A stretch of 64,000 nt of DNA from Candidatus Marinacidobacterium sp. (GTDB lineage: Bacteria > Acidobacteriota > Vicinamibacteria > Marinacidobacterales > Marinacidobacteraceae). The number at the start of each line of letters is the position of its first letter. Positions within the stretch are counted from its first letter, which is position 1. The notes beneath the pieces are model-generated. The model did no database searches. It was not told the origin of the DNA and was given only the letters and a program-made list of their open reading frames with translations. Made by a program: the position numbers and the translations under genes. Shown one piece after another: positions 38,998 to 50,385 of the stretch. The stretch covers positions 1,504,001 through 1,568,000 of the forward strand of contig OZ242011.1 in the NCBI GenBank assembly GCA_965204755.1, in the 5' to 3' direction.

Positions 38998-39837
38998 TCA
39001 GTTCACCGAGAGCAGTTCGATCTCGAACAACAGCGTGGCGAAGCCGGGAATGCTGCTGCCCCGCCCGGCGTCGCCGTACGCCAGGTCGTGCGGGATCACC
39101 AGCCGGCGCCGGCCGCCGACCCGCATCCCGGCCACCCCCCGGTTCCACCCGGCGATGACCCCGCCGGCGCCGGTGTTTCCCAAGGTGAAGGAGAACGGCT
39201 CGTCCGCGCCGGCGCTGTCGAACTGCTCGCCGCGGCGGTCTTCGGCGAGCGGGGCGTAGAGCCAGCCGGTGTAGGTCACGGAGAGCGACGCCCCCTCCGT
39301 CGCTTCCTCGCCGGTTCCCTCCTCCAGGTCGGTCTGCCCGTAGGGGACCGGGTCGGCGAAGAGCAACTCGAATTCGACCAGCAGGTGCGCGTTCGCCGGG
39401 ACGCTGGCGGTGCCGTCGGCGCCCCAACCCCGATCCGGCGGAATCACGATCCGCCGCCGGCCGCCGACCCGCATCCCGGCGACCCCGGCATCCACCCCGG
39501 CGATCGTCTGGCCGGCGCCGAGCCGGAAGACGATGGGATCCTCGGCGGTGGCCACGCCGAATTCCCGCCCGCGGTTGTCGTCCGCGTCCTCGTCATAGAC
39601 CCAGCCCTGGTAGGCGCCGGCGACCAGGTCGCCGTCGGACGCCTCCCGGCCGTCCCCCTCCTCCAGATCGGTCGCGCTGAACGGGAGGTCCAGCGCCGGA
39701 GGAGCGGGATCGGGCGTCGTCGGCGAGTCGCCTCCGCAGGCGGCGAGGAGCGCCGAGGGCAGGAACGCCGCAGCGAGCGCGCGGCCGAACGGGGGGCGGC
39801 GCGGGAGCGGGAGTCGGGGCATCTGTTTCCGATTCAC
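38998..39837 (-). CDS. Tandem-domain FKBP-type PPIase lipoprotein
   Basis: Lipobox LLAAC; two GMRVGGRRR..IP FKBP domains. Confidence 0.9.
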   Translation of the reverse strand: MNRKQMPRLPLPRRPPFGRALAAAFLPSALLAACGGDSPTTPDPAPPALDLPFSATDLEEGDGREASDGDLVAGAYQGWVYDEDADDNRGREFGVATAEDPIVFRLGAGQTIAGVDAGVAGMRVGGRRRIVIPPDRGWGADGTASVPANAHLLVEFELLFADPVPYGQTDLEEGTGEEATEGASLSVTYTGWLYAPLAEDRRGEQFDSAGADEPFSFTLGNTGAGGVIAGWNRGVAGMRVGGRRRLVIPHDLAYGDAGRGSSIPGFATLLFEIELLSVN

Positions 39838-40037
39838 TGGGGGTTCAACGGGATTCGATCACGAACGCGGGAGGAACCCGCCCGGACGGGCGGCGGCGAC
39901 CCGGCCTTCGGCGAAGACCGTCCCACCGGGGACGGCGCCGCGGTGACAGCCCGCCGCAGACGACGCCGGCCGCGGCGACGACTGCGGCCGCGGCGGGGGA
40001 GAGAAAAAGACCGGTCTCGGGAACCGGACGGAGGGGC

Positions 40038-40379
40038 TCAGCCGGCGAGGAGGGACTCCAGTTTGGCGGCCAGTTTGTCCTTCGTCTGCACGCCGATCAC
40101 CTGACCGACGACCTCCCCGTTCCGGAAGAAGAGCAGCGTCGGGATGGACCGCACCTTGTAGTTCTCTGCGATCCGGGGCTGGTCGTCGATGTTCACCTTG
40201 CCGACGACCGCGCGCCCGTGGAAGTCCTCCGCGAGTTCCGCGATCGTGGGCGCGATCATCCGGCAGGGCCCGCACCACTCGGCCCAGAAGTCCACGAGAC
40301 TCGGCTGGCTGCCCTGCACCACCGAGTCGAAGTTGGCGTCCGTCAGTTCGACGGCCTGTTTGCCGTTGCCTTCAGCCAT
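40038..40379 (-). CDS. trxA: Thioredoxin
   Basis: VDFWAEWCGPC, SIPT. Confidence 0.95.
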   Translation of the reverse strand: MAEGNGKQAVELTDANFDSVVQGSQPSLVDFWAEWCGPCRMIAPTIAELAEDFHGRAVVGKVNIDDQPRIAENYKVRSIPTLLFFRNGEVVGQVIGVQTKDKLAAKLESLLAG

Positions 40380-40511
40380 GAGTTCTCGTTCCACTCCGTT
40401 GAAGCGGCGCCTGCCGATGGCGGCGGCGCCGGGAAAACGCCGATTTTAGCAGCGGGACGAGGTTTCCCCGCCGCGGCCGCGGGCCGCCTCCGCCCGCCGG
40501 GGAGGCCGAGA

Positions 40512-41498
40512 ATGGGATACTTGACGCCGGTACCGGCGCGAAAACCACCCCCGCTACGAGCGGACGACAGCACTTTGGACTTCCACCATCACGACCACTC
40601 GCACGGCCACGCGCACGGGAAAAAGCCGTCGCAGCGGGCGCTGCTGGCGGCGATCGCGTGCACGCTGACCATCGCGCTGGCGGAGTTCGTCGGCGGATGG
40701 ATGGCGAACAGCCTGGCGCTCCAGGGCGACGCCGGGCACATGTTGAGCGACACGGCGGCGCTGGGCGTGTCCTTGTTCGCCGCCTGGCTCGCCACCCGCC
40801 CGCTGACGGCGCGCCGCACCTTCGGCCTCCACCGGGCCGAAGTGCTGGCCGCCCTGCTGAACGCGCTGCTGCTGCTCGGCATCGCCGGCTGGGTGGCGCT
40901 CCGGGCGTTCGGCCGGGTCGGGCACCATGTCCACATCTCGGCGCTCCCGGTGCTGGTGATCGCCATCATCGGGCTCATCGTCAACCTGATCGCGCTCCGG
41001 CTGCTCGGGCACCACCAGCACAGCAACCTGAACATCCGCGGCGCGTTCCTCCATGTGCTCGGGGACACGCTGGGTTCGGCGGGAGTGATCGCCTCGGCCA
41101 TCGTCATCTACTTCACCGACTGGACGCCGATCGACGCGCTGGTCTCGCTGGGGATCGCCGCGCTGCTCGTCCTCTCCGGAGTCCGGCTGCTGCGCGACAG
41201 CGTCTCGGTGCTCATGCTGGCCACGCCGTCCGATGTGGACGCCGGCGAAGTGGAGGCCAGCCTGCGCGCGGTTCCCGGCATCCGGGGGATCCACGACCTC
41301 CACATCTGGACGGTGAACAGCGGTTTCGTTTCCTTCAGTTGCCACGCGGAGATCGAGGAAGACGCCGTGCCCGACCGGATCCTCCGGCGGGCGACCGATC
41401 TCCTCCGGGAGAAGTTCGGGATCCGCCATGTGACGATCCAGCCGGAAGCCGGACCGGTGCACTCCGAGAGCGACGCCTGCCGGATCGTGGCCACCTGA
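40512..41498 (+). CDS. Cation diffusion facilitator (CzcD/ZitB-like)
   Basis: His-rich N-terminus, DAGHMLSD, FLHVLGD, HDLHIW, HVTIQ. Confidence 0.9.
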   Translation: MGYLTPVPARKPPPLRADDSTLDFHHHDHSHGHAHGKKPSQRALLAAIACTLTIALAEFVGGWMANSLALQGDAGHMLSDTAALGVSLFAAWLATRPLTARRTFGLHRAEVLAALLNALLLLGIAGWVALRAFGRVGHHVHISALPVLVIAIIGLIVNLIALRLLGHHQHSNLNIRGAFLHVLGDTLGSAGVIASAIVIYFTDWTPIDALVSLGIAALLVLSGVRLLRDSVSVLMLATPSDVDAGEVEASLRAVPGIRGIHDLHIWTVNSGFVSFSCHAEIEEDAVPDRILRRATDLLREKFGIRHVTIQPEAGPVHSESDACRIVAT

Positions 41499-41578
41499 CG
41501 GCCCGTGGCAAAGGCGCTCCGGCGCGAACCCGTGAGGGGCGTTTCGGGCCCCCGCCGGCCCGCCCCGCCGAGGCGCCG

Positions 41579-44098
41579 ATGACCCCGCGGCGAGGGTCGC
41601 TGACCGGCGGCGCCGCCGCCTTCGCGCTGCTCGCGGCGCTCGGGAGCCCGGTGGCGCCCGCCCTCGCGCAGATGAGCCCGCTGCGTTTCCCGCCGGTCGC
41701 CGGCGGCCAGATCCGGATCGAGAACTACCTGGTCCCGCGGGTGACTTCCTGGCCGGCCTACCCGGCGTGGTCTCCGGACGGCAGCGAGATCGCCTTCGCC
41801 CTCGACGGGCGCCTGTGGGCCGTTCCGGCGGACGGCGGCGAAGCGCGGCAACTCACCGGCGGCCCGACCGACCCGGCCCCGGCGTACGACTTCGAGCCGG
41901 ACTGGACGCCGGACGGGGAGTTCGTCGTCTTCTCCCGCGACCTCGACGGCAACCTCGACATCTGGCGGATCGCCGCCGCGGGAACCGGCGGCGGCGCGGC
42001 GCCGACCCGGCTCACCGACGACCCGGCGATGGACTTCCACCCGCGGGCCGGCGAAGGCGGCCGGGTTCTCTACTCCTCGGCCGGCGGCGGCGACTTCGAC
42101 ATCCGCGAGATCGGGCTCGAGGACGGCGAAGACCGCCTCCGCTGGGGCGGCGGCTCCAACGAGATCCAGCCGGACCCGGGGCCGGGCGCCGGCGAGGACG
42201 CGTTCTTCGTCGCCGTCTCCTCGCGGTCGGACGCCCCCGGAACGGGCGGGATCTTCCGGGTGGAGGGGCCGGACGACGCCCGGGAACTCCACTTGGAGGA
42301 AACCACCTTCCGCACGCGGCCGGCCGTCTCCCCGGACGGCAAGACGATCGCCTTCGCCTCCGACATCCGCGGGACCTACGACCTGTTCCTGCTGTCGTCC
42401 GAGGGCGGGATGCCGTTCCGGCTGACTCGGGATAACGATGCAGACGAGCGCGAACCCGCCTGGTCGCCGGACGGCTCGCGCATCGCGTACGCGACGAACC
42501 GGGGCCGCGAGCCGGAACTCCGGACGATCGGCGTCGAGGGCGGCGGTTCCCGGCGCCTGGCCATCCCGGGCCTTCGCCGGGCCGGCCCGGAGTGGGGGAG
42601 GCTGCGGGTCGAGAGCGACCTTCCGGCGCGGGCGACCGTGCTCGGCGCCGACGGCCGGGCCCACGCCCCGCGCGGCGCCTTCCGGCGCATCGTCTCCTAC
42701 ACCGAGACCCACTACTTCCACACCGCCGGGAGTTTCGAGGTCGAACTCCCGCCCGGCCGGGCCGTCGTCCGGCTGAAGCGCGGCGTCGAGTTCCGGCCGT
42801 TCCAACGGGAAGTCGAGATCCGTTCCGGCGAAGCGGCGGCGCTGGAAGTGCGCCTCGAACGGTTCGCGAACTCCGGCGAAGCGGGCTGGCATTCCGGGGA
42901 CACCCATGTCCACGACCTCCACGCCGGCGACCTGCAGATCACTCCGGCGGACCTGGTGGCGCAGGCGGAAGCCGAGGCGGTGGAGGTGGTCCACGCGCTC
43001 ATCCATGTGGACGGGAGCCGCACCATGGGCGACCCCGCCCGGTTCGTCCCCGGCGCCCACCCGGCGTCTTCGGGCGGCGTGCTGCTCCGCTACGGGCAGG
43101 AGTACCGGATGCCCTTCGGGCACCGCACCTTCCTGAATCCCGAGCGGCTGTTCTACCCGCTGGCCACCGGGGTGCCCGGAACCGCCCGCGCCGCCCCCTT
43201 CCCGCCGCTCTTCGAGTACATCCGCCGGATCCGCGCCGAGCAGGGCGACCACCTCGTGGTGGGAATGCCGCACCCCTACTTCGGCTATCTCGCCGCCGGG
43301 GAACCGTTCACCGGCGCCTCTCCTTCGGAGATCCCGGTGGATGCGGCCCTCGGGGTGGTGGACTTCTTCGACCTGAACTGCATCCCCAGTTCCGAGGCGG
43401 GCGCGGCGGCGATCTACGCCCGGCTGCTGAACGCCGGGTTCCGGCTCGCGGCCGCCGGGGGTTCCGACACTTTCTCGGACACCTCCCGCGACCCCCCGCT
43501 CGGTACCGGCCGCACCTACGCGCGGGTGGAGGGGGAGTTGACCGTCGAGAAGTGGGACCGGGCGCTGAAGGCCGGGCGCAGTTACTCGACGAACGGGCCG
43601 CTGCTCGAACTCGCGGTGGACGGCGCCGGAATGGGCGAGGAAGTCCGCCGCCCGGCCGGGGCGGCGCTGCCGGTGGCAGCCCGCGCCGTTTCCGCCGTCC
43701 CGATGGAGCGGCTGACGGTGCTCGTGAACGGGCAGCCGTGGCTGGAGGCCGTCGGGAACCCCGACGCCGACCCGGTCGCCGACTCACCCTTCGAGTTGGA
43801 AGCGCGCGGCGAACTCGAACTCCCGGAGAGCGCCTGGATCGCCGTCCGCGTGGACGGCCCGAAATCGGTATGGACGACCGACAGCGCCCTCTTCGCCCAC
43901 TCCACCCCGGTGTACGCCGTCATCGGCGGCCGCCCGATCGTGGTGGAGAGCGACCGGGCCTACCTGGAGCGGATGATCGTGGACTTCGGGGAGGCGATGG
44001 AGCGTCGCGATGACTGGCGAAACGAGGAGCAGCGCCGCCTGGTCCTCGCCGGCGTCACCGAAGCCCTCGAACGAATCCGCTCCGCCGCGCGCCGATAG
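41579..44098 (+). CDS. Secreted TolB/PD40 beta-propeller fused to a CehA/McbA-type PHP metallohydrolase
   Basis: PAWSPDG repeats; SGDTHVH, GQEYR, GGSD, GRTY, TNGP. Confidence 0.8.
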   Translation: MTPRRGSLTGGAAAFALLAALGSPVAPALAQMSPLRFPPVAGGQIRIENYLVPRVTSWPAYPAWSPDGSEIAFALDGRLWAVPADGGEARQLTGGPTDPAPAYDFEPDWTPDGEFVVFSRDLDGNLDIWRIAAAGTGGGAAPTRLTDDPAMDFHPRAGEGGRVLYSSAGGGDFDIREIGLEDGEDRLRWGGGSNEIQPDPGPGAGEDAFFVAVSSRSDAPGTGGIFRVEGPDDARELHLEETTFRTRPAVSPDGKTIAFASDIRGTYDLFLLSSEGGMPFRLTRDNDADEREPAWSPDGSRIAYATNRGREPELRTIGVEGGGSRRLAIPGLRRAGPEWGRLRVESDLPARATVLGADGRAHAPRGAFRRIVSYTETHYFHTAGSFEVELPPGRAVVRLKRGVEFRPFQREVEIRSGEAAALEVRLERFANSGEAGWHSGDTHVHDLHAGDLQITPADLVAQAEAEAVEVVHALIHVDGSRTMGDPARFVPGAHPASSGGVLLRYGQEYRMPFGHRTFLNPERLFYPLATGVPGTARAAPFPPLFEYIRRIRAEQGDHLVVGMPHPYFGYLAAGEPFTGASPSEIPVDAALGVVDFFDLNCIPSSEAGAAAIYARLLNAGFRLAAAGGSDTFSDTSRDPPLGTGRTYARVEGELTVEKWDRALKAGRSYSTNGPLLELAVDGAGMGEEVRRPAGAALPVAARAVSAVPMERLTVLVNGQPWLEAVGNPDADPVADSPFELEARGELELPESAWIAVRVDGPKSVWTTDSALFAHSTPVYAVIGGRPIVVESDRAYLERMIVDFGEAMERRDDWRNEEQRRLVLAGVTEALERIRSAARR

Positions 44099-44496
44099 CG
44101 ACTCTCGAATTCAAGCGGGGCGGGACTGCGCCTGGTAGTCCCATGGGGTCGCACGACGGCGTTTCGAAGCACCGCCCCACCCGGCTTGAAGCCGAGCGTT
44201 CCCTCTGTCGGGCTTGCCAAGCATCCCTCACTCACGAAGAGGTGTCGGATGGGATGCGACCCTTGGCCGGGAATGTAGCGCGAGAACGCCCCCGAAGCAC
44301 TCCACCGGCGTCAGTCGGCTCCGGCGGCGACGGACCTGACCTCGCGGCGCTCTCGGACGGGAGGAACCAGTGGCGGTCGTCCCCGATTTCCGAAAGGCGG
44401 GGGCTGCCCGGCGCTTCTCGGTGCGGCGAACGATCCGTTCCTTCGGGTGGCCCGAAAGAACGAGCGCGGCGCTGACGCCTATCGCGTCCGGTCCGG

Positions 44497-45522
44497 TCAG
44501 ATGACAACTTGGCGCAACCGCCGGACGGCCGCTTCGTAGAACTCCGGGACGATTTCGGCGCTGAAGCATCGTCTGTCGAGAACGGCGGACGAGAGCGCGG
44601 CCGGACAGAGTCCTCCGAACGGCTCCCAAACGACATCCCCCGGATCGGTGCTGGCCTCGATGGCGATTCGGATGAGCGCCACCGGCTTCTGGCTGCCGTG
44701 GAGGCTCCGGTACTTCCACTTCATTCGAGAGCGAACGCCGCGGAGGCGTTCCCGCCCGGAAACCTGGGGATGGCGCCAGACATTCGTGATACCGACGGAG
44801 CAGCGGAACTTCGCGCGCATCCGCGTCCAGTCGGCGGCGGTGAGCGGCTCTCGACCGTCGAGACTGAAGTACGGCCGACCCTTCGGATCGCCGTTCTCGT
44901 TCGCATGGCGAACGAGGCGCGCAAACAGGCGCGGGGGCGGGTGGTACCAGTGATGGTCGGCGGTCAGGTACTTGCGCGTGGCGGCGCTCGACACCCCGCA
45001 GGCGTCGTTGGCGGCGCGGTAGGGAAGACCGGTGCGCCTCCACTCCGCCCGGAGCCAGTCCTGCGCGGAAACCCGTCCCCCGGGCGCGGCGAAGCGAGCC
45101 GGCAGCACGTACTGCGCGCACGCTTCGGTGACCACCGGAAACTTGCGAAGCGTCGCCGTGTTGCAATTGCCGGCGACATGACCGAGCCCCTTGTCCCAGA
45201 TGTGGCACGAGCGGTATTCCCAACCGTACTCCGCGAGCACCGGATGCACCGTCGCCCAGCCGAGTTCGGTATTCCAAAACCACAGGGTCGTCTCCGGGCT
45301 CGAGCCGGCGGTCCATTCGCGAATGTGAGGCCGATACCACTCGGCGAGGCCGCGCGCGTCCGGGAGATCGCCGGGGAACCCGCCGACGCCGTACGGCCCG
45401 TCCACGATCACGCACACCGGTGTCGGCCAAGTGGCGTACAGTCCTTCGGCGGGCGCGAAATGGATCGCTACGCCGCCTCGTCGAAACGAGTCTGCCGCCG
45501 GCGACGCGGGCGGGTGCTCCAC
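44497..45522 (-). CDS. Orphan N4/N6 DNA methyltransferase (beta class), start approximate
   Basis: VIVDGPYG (motif IV variant) precedes HGSQKP and GDVVWEPFGG (motif I variant). Confidence 0.82.
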   Translation of the reverse strand: MEHPPASPAADSFRRGGVAIHFAPAEGLYATWPTPVCVIVDGPYGVGGFPGDLPDARGLAEWYRPHIREWTAGSSPETTLWFWNTELGWATVHPVLAEYGWEYRSCHIWDKGLGHVAGNCNTATLRKFPVVTEACAQYVLPARFAAPGGRVSAQDWLRAEWRRTGLPYRAANDACGVSSAATRKYLTADHHWYHPPPRLFARLVRHANENGDPKGRPYFSLDGREPLTAADWTRMRAKFRCSVGITNVWRHPQVSGRERLRGVRSRMKWKYRSLHGSQKPVALIRIAIEASTDPGDVVWEPFGGLCPAALSSAVLDRRCFSAEIVPEFYEAAVRRLRQVVI

Positions 45523-45555
45523 GCCGACAATTCTGCGCGTTCGGTAGGACAGGAA

Positions 45556-47103
45556 ATGTCGCGGGCCGGCCGACCCGGGGCCGATCGGGTTCGGAGGCGA
45601 AACGGCGAACGCCGCCCCTTCGCCGGAGGGGGGGATACGGCGACGCGGCCACTCCTGAGACCGGAGCGTTCGGCCGAGGTCGTCGTCGTCGGGGCCGGGC
45701 CGGCGGGGGCGCTGGCGGCGCGGCAGTTGGCTCGGTTCGGGGTCGAGGTCGTCCTCGTCCATCGGGCTCGGCGGCAGCAGCGGGCGGAGAGTCTGGGGGC
45801 TTCCGCGGCGCGGCTGCTCGGCTCCTACGGGCTGGAACTGCCGGAGTCGGTGTTCTCGCCGCGTCCCTCCGACCACTTCGTGTTCTGGGGCGGACGCGAG
45901 GATCGGGTGGCCGCCCAGCCGGAGGATCCCGGGCGATTCGGCGAGGGGCAGCGACTGGTCTGGCGCGGCGCGCTCGACGAGTGGGCGCTCGCGGAGGCGA
46001 AGCGCGCCGGCGCGATCGTCCTGGAGGGGTCCGCGGCGCCGGCGGACGATGCGGCGCGACGGGGCGGGGGAGTCGTCCGGGTGCGGGAGAGCGCAGGGCG
46101 CGCGTTCCGGATCGAGGCGCGGGCGGTCGTGGACGCCAGCGGGCGGAGCGGGGCCTTCACCGGCGCGAGGCGCATCCGGCCCGACTTCCGGACGACCGCC
46201 CTGACCGCGCACTTCGCGGGGAGCGAAGCGCGGGGGACTTCCGTGGTCTCGTTCCCGGACGGGTGGATCTGGAGCGCGCCGCTGCCGGACGGACGACGGG
46301 AGGTGACGGCGCTGGTGGACGCGGAGGCCGCCGCGGGGAACGCCGAGGGCTGCTTCCACGCGGCGGCGGCCTCGGCGGCGGCAGCGGCCCCGGGAGTGCG
46401 GCGCTTCCTCTCCGGTTCGCAGATGGCGGCGGTCCGCGCTGCGGACGCCACGCCCTATGTGTCGGGAGCGGCGCCGCCGGAGAGGGCGAGCGCGACCGTC
46501 TTGGCGGTGGGGGACGCGTCGAGCGCGCTCGACCCGTTGACCGGGCTCGGGGTCCTGAAGGCGATGGACTCCGGGCTGACCGGGGCGGTCGCGCTCCGGA
46601 CGGCGCTCGCCCGTCCGGAGGACGCCGCGCTCGCGCTGGCCTTCCACGCCGACAAGGAGCGCGGGCTCGCCGCCGGGAGCGCGGAGCGGATCGCCGGCTT
46701 CTACGCCGAGGAGCGGCGGTTCGCCGACCGCCCGTTCTGGCGCCGCCGCGCCGGGACGCCTCCGTCGCCGTCCCCGCCGCCCGCGCCGCCGAGTCCGGAG
46801 ACCCCGCTCCATCCGGCGAAGGATGCGCGGATCGAGACGCGGGGGGTGCTCGAAGGCGACTGGATCGTTCCCGCGGAAGTCGTCGTCCGGCCGGGCCGCC
46901 ACCGGCCGGCGCATCGCGTCGGGGGCGCGCCGCTCGCGCCCCTGTTCCGGGGCGCCGAAGGAGGGGCCACCGCCGCCGAACTGGCGCGGCGAGTCCCGGG
47001 GACCGGCGCTTCCGGGATTCGGGCGGTCGGCTGGCTCGTCCGGGAGGGGTTCCTCGCCCCGGAGCGGGGCGGTCAGCCTCCCCGCCGCGAACGCTCCGAC
47101 TGA
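45556..47103 (+). CDS. qhpG: FAD-dependent monooxygenase, QhpG-like (CTQ Trp hydroxylase)
   Basis: GAGPAG Rossmann motif; GDASSALDPLTGLG...TALARPE.AALA..FH...FYAEERRF.DRPFW matches the QhpG family as recalled. Confidence 0.68.
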   Translation: MSRAGRPGADRVRRRNGERRPFAGGGDTATRPLLRPERSAEVVVVGAGPAGALAARQLARFGVEVVLVHRARRQQRAESLGASAARLLGSYGLELPESVFSPRPSDHFVFWGGREDRVAAQPEDPGRFGEGQRLVWRGALDEWALAEAKRAGAIVLEGSAAPADDAARRGGGVVRVRESAGRAFRIEARAVVDASGRSGAFTGARRIRPDFRTTALTAHFAGSEARGTSVVSFPDGWIWSAPLPDGRREVTALVDAEAAAGNAEGCFHAAAASAAAAAPGVRRFLSGSQMAAVRAADATPYVSGAAPPERASATVLAVGDASSALDPLTGLGVLKAMDSGLTGAVALRTALARPEDAALALAFHADKERGLAAGSAERIAGFYAEERRFADRPFWRRRAGTPPSPSPPPAPPSPETPLHPAKDARIETRGVLEGDWIVPAEVVVRPGRHRPAHRVGGAPLAPLFRGAEGGATAAELARRVPGTGASGIRAVGWLVREGFLAPERGGQPPRRERSD

Positions 47104-47106
47104 CCG

Positions 47107-48339
47107 CTACGCCGAGCAGCCGCGGGCGGCGACCGGCCAGACCGCCTCGACCACCCCGCCGCGGACGGCGTACATCCGGTCGTAGAGATTCACCACCGGG
47201 TCGCAGTGGGAGACGATGAGTTCGAGTCGGTCGCCGACCCGGTAGGTGCGGCTGGGATCCTCGTAGCGGAGCGTCCCGAACTCGTCGGAGCCGGAGGTGT
47301 AGGTCATCCCGGTCTCGCCCTTCACGATCGCCCAGGGCCGGTTGATCGTGCACGCCTTCGCCCCGGCGTCGGTGGTGGCGCGGCCTTCGTACTGGGCGTT
47401 CAGCACCGTCGCCAGGACCGTGAGCGACGGCCGGAAGTCGGTGTACGCCTCCGGGTCGGACTCGCCGCCGATGGCCAGGTACTGGGCGTCCATGAAGACA
47501 TAACTCCCGGCCTGCACATCGGTGAAGCCGGGCGTCCCGTGGTCGATGTTGTAGGTGCCCGTGCCGCCGCCGCTGAAGATGCCGGTGTCGAGCCCTGACG
47601 CCTCCATCCGCTCGCAGGTTTCGGCGGCCGCCGCCAGCCGCCCGAGCGTCTGTTCGCGCCGCTTCTCGAAGCCGTGGACATGCTGCGAACCGCCGTCGTA
47701 GCAGAGCAGGCCGCGCAGCCGAAGCCCCGGCAGCCGGTCCACCAGCCGGGCCAGCGCGAGCGCCGGGTCGCCCGGCGTGATTCCCGTGCGGTGGCCGCCG
47801 GGGTCCACATCCACCACCACCTCGGCGGTAACGCCGGCGGCCCCGGCCGCCTCGGAAAGCATCCGGGCGTTGTCCTCGGTGTCGGTGGCCTGGATGAACG
47901 ACGGGTTCCGCTTCGCGAGCCCCATGGCGCGCCGGATCTTGTAGGGGGTCACATTGCTGGTGGTCATCAGCAGCGGCCCGATCCCGTGGTCGTGGAGCGC
48001 CTGCGCCTCGCTGACCTTCGCCACCGAGATGCCGAGCGCGCCGGAGTCGAGTTGCATCCGGGCGATCGCCGGGCACTTGTGGGTCTTGGCGTGCGGCCGC
48101 ACGGCGATCCCGTTGGCGGTCACCGTCCGCTGCATGACCGCGAGGTTGGCTTCGAGGGCGTCGAGGTCCACGAGCAGCGCCGGGGTGTCCAGGTCGTGGA
48201 CGGCCATCCCGTACTCCGGGGCCTCCGGGGTGGCGGCGGCGGGGTGCGGCGTTCGGGCGCCGGCGGCGGCGCTCGGGCCGAGCGCGGCCGCTCCGGCGGC
48301 GCCCAGGAAAACACGGCGGGACATCGAGTTCTCGGTCAT
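47107..48339 (-). CDS. DSD1/D-threonine aldolase-family PLP enzyme with a Tat signal
   Basis: SRRVFL Tat motif; DTPALLVD, RPHAKTHK, SGGGTGT, QAGSYVFMD, HCDPVVNL. Confidence 0.88.
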   Translation of the reverse strand: MTENSMSRRVFLGAAGAAALGPSAAAGARTPHPAAATPEAPEYGMAVHDLDTPALLVDLDALEANLAVMQRTVTANGIAVRPHAKTHKCPAIARMQLDSGALGISVAKVSEAQALHDHGIGPLLMTTSNVTPYKIRRAMGLAKRNPSFIQATDTEDNARMLSEAAGAAGVTAEVVVDVDPGGHRTGITPGDPALALARLVDRLPGLRLRGLLCYDGGSQHVHGFEKRREQTLGRLAAAAETCERMEASGLDTGIFSGGGTGTYNIDHGTPGFTDVQAGSYVFMDAQYLAIGGESDPEAYTDFRPSLTVLATVLNAQYEGRATTDAGAKACTINRPWAIVKGETGMTYTSGSDEFGTLRYEDPSRTYRVGDRLELIVSHCDPVVNLYDRMYAVRGGVVEAVWPVAARGCSA

Positions 48340-48640
48340 GCGGAGTTTGTATCAGACCCGCGGAGGCGGGGGCCGCCTCGGTGCCGCACCGCTCGGCGCT
48401 CCCCGTTGTCCGCCGGAGGGGGGCGTCGCCGGCCGCGCGCGGGCCCCGGTCGGGCGGCTCCGCTCCCGCCCCGGCCGCTGCCCATCGGGCTCTCCGCACC
48501 ATCGGGCCTCCCCCGCCTAGAATCCGTCCCGCCACCCGGCGATGGGTTCCCTCCCCCCTCGGGGCGCTCCTGCGCACCGCGCCCCCTTCCCGCCCGACTT
48601 CCGGCCGTCCCGCCGGGCTTAGGCCCCTCTACACCGCCCC

Positions 48641-50381
<1,741 letters not shown>

Positions 50382-50385
<4 letters not shown>

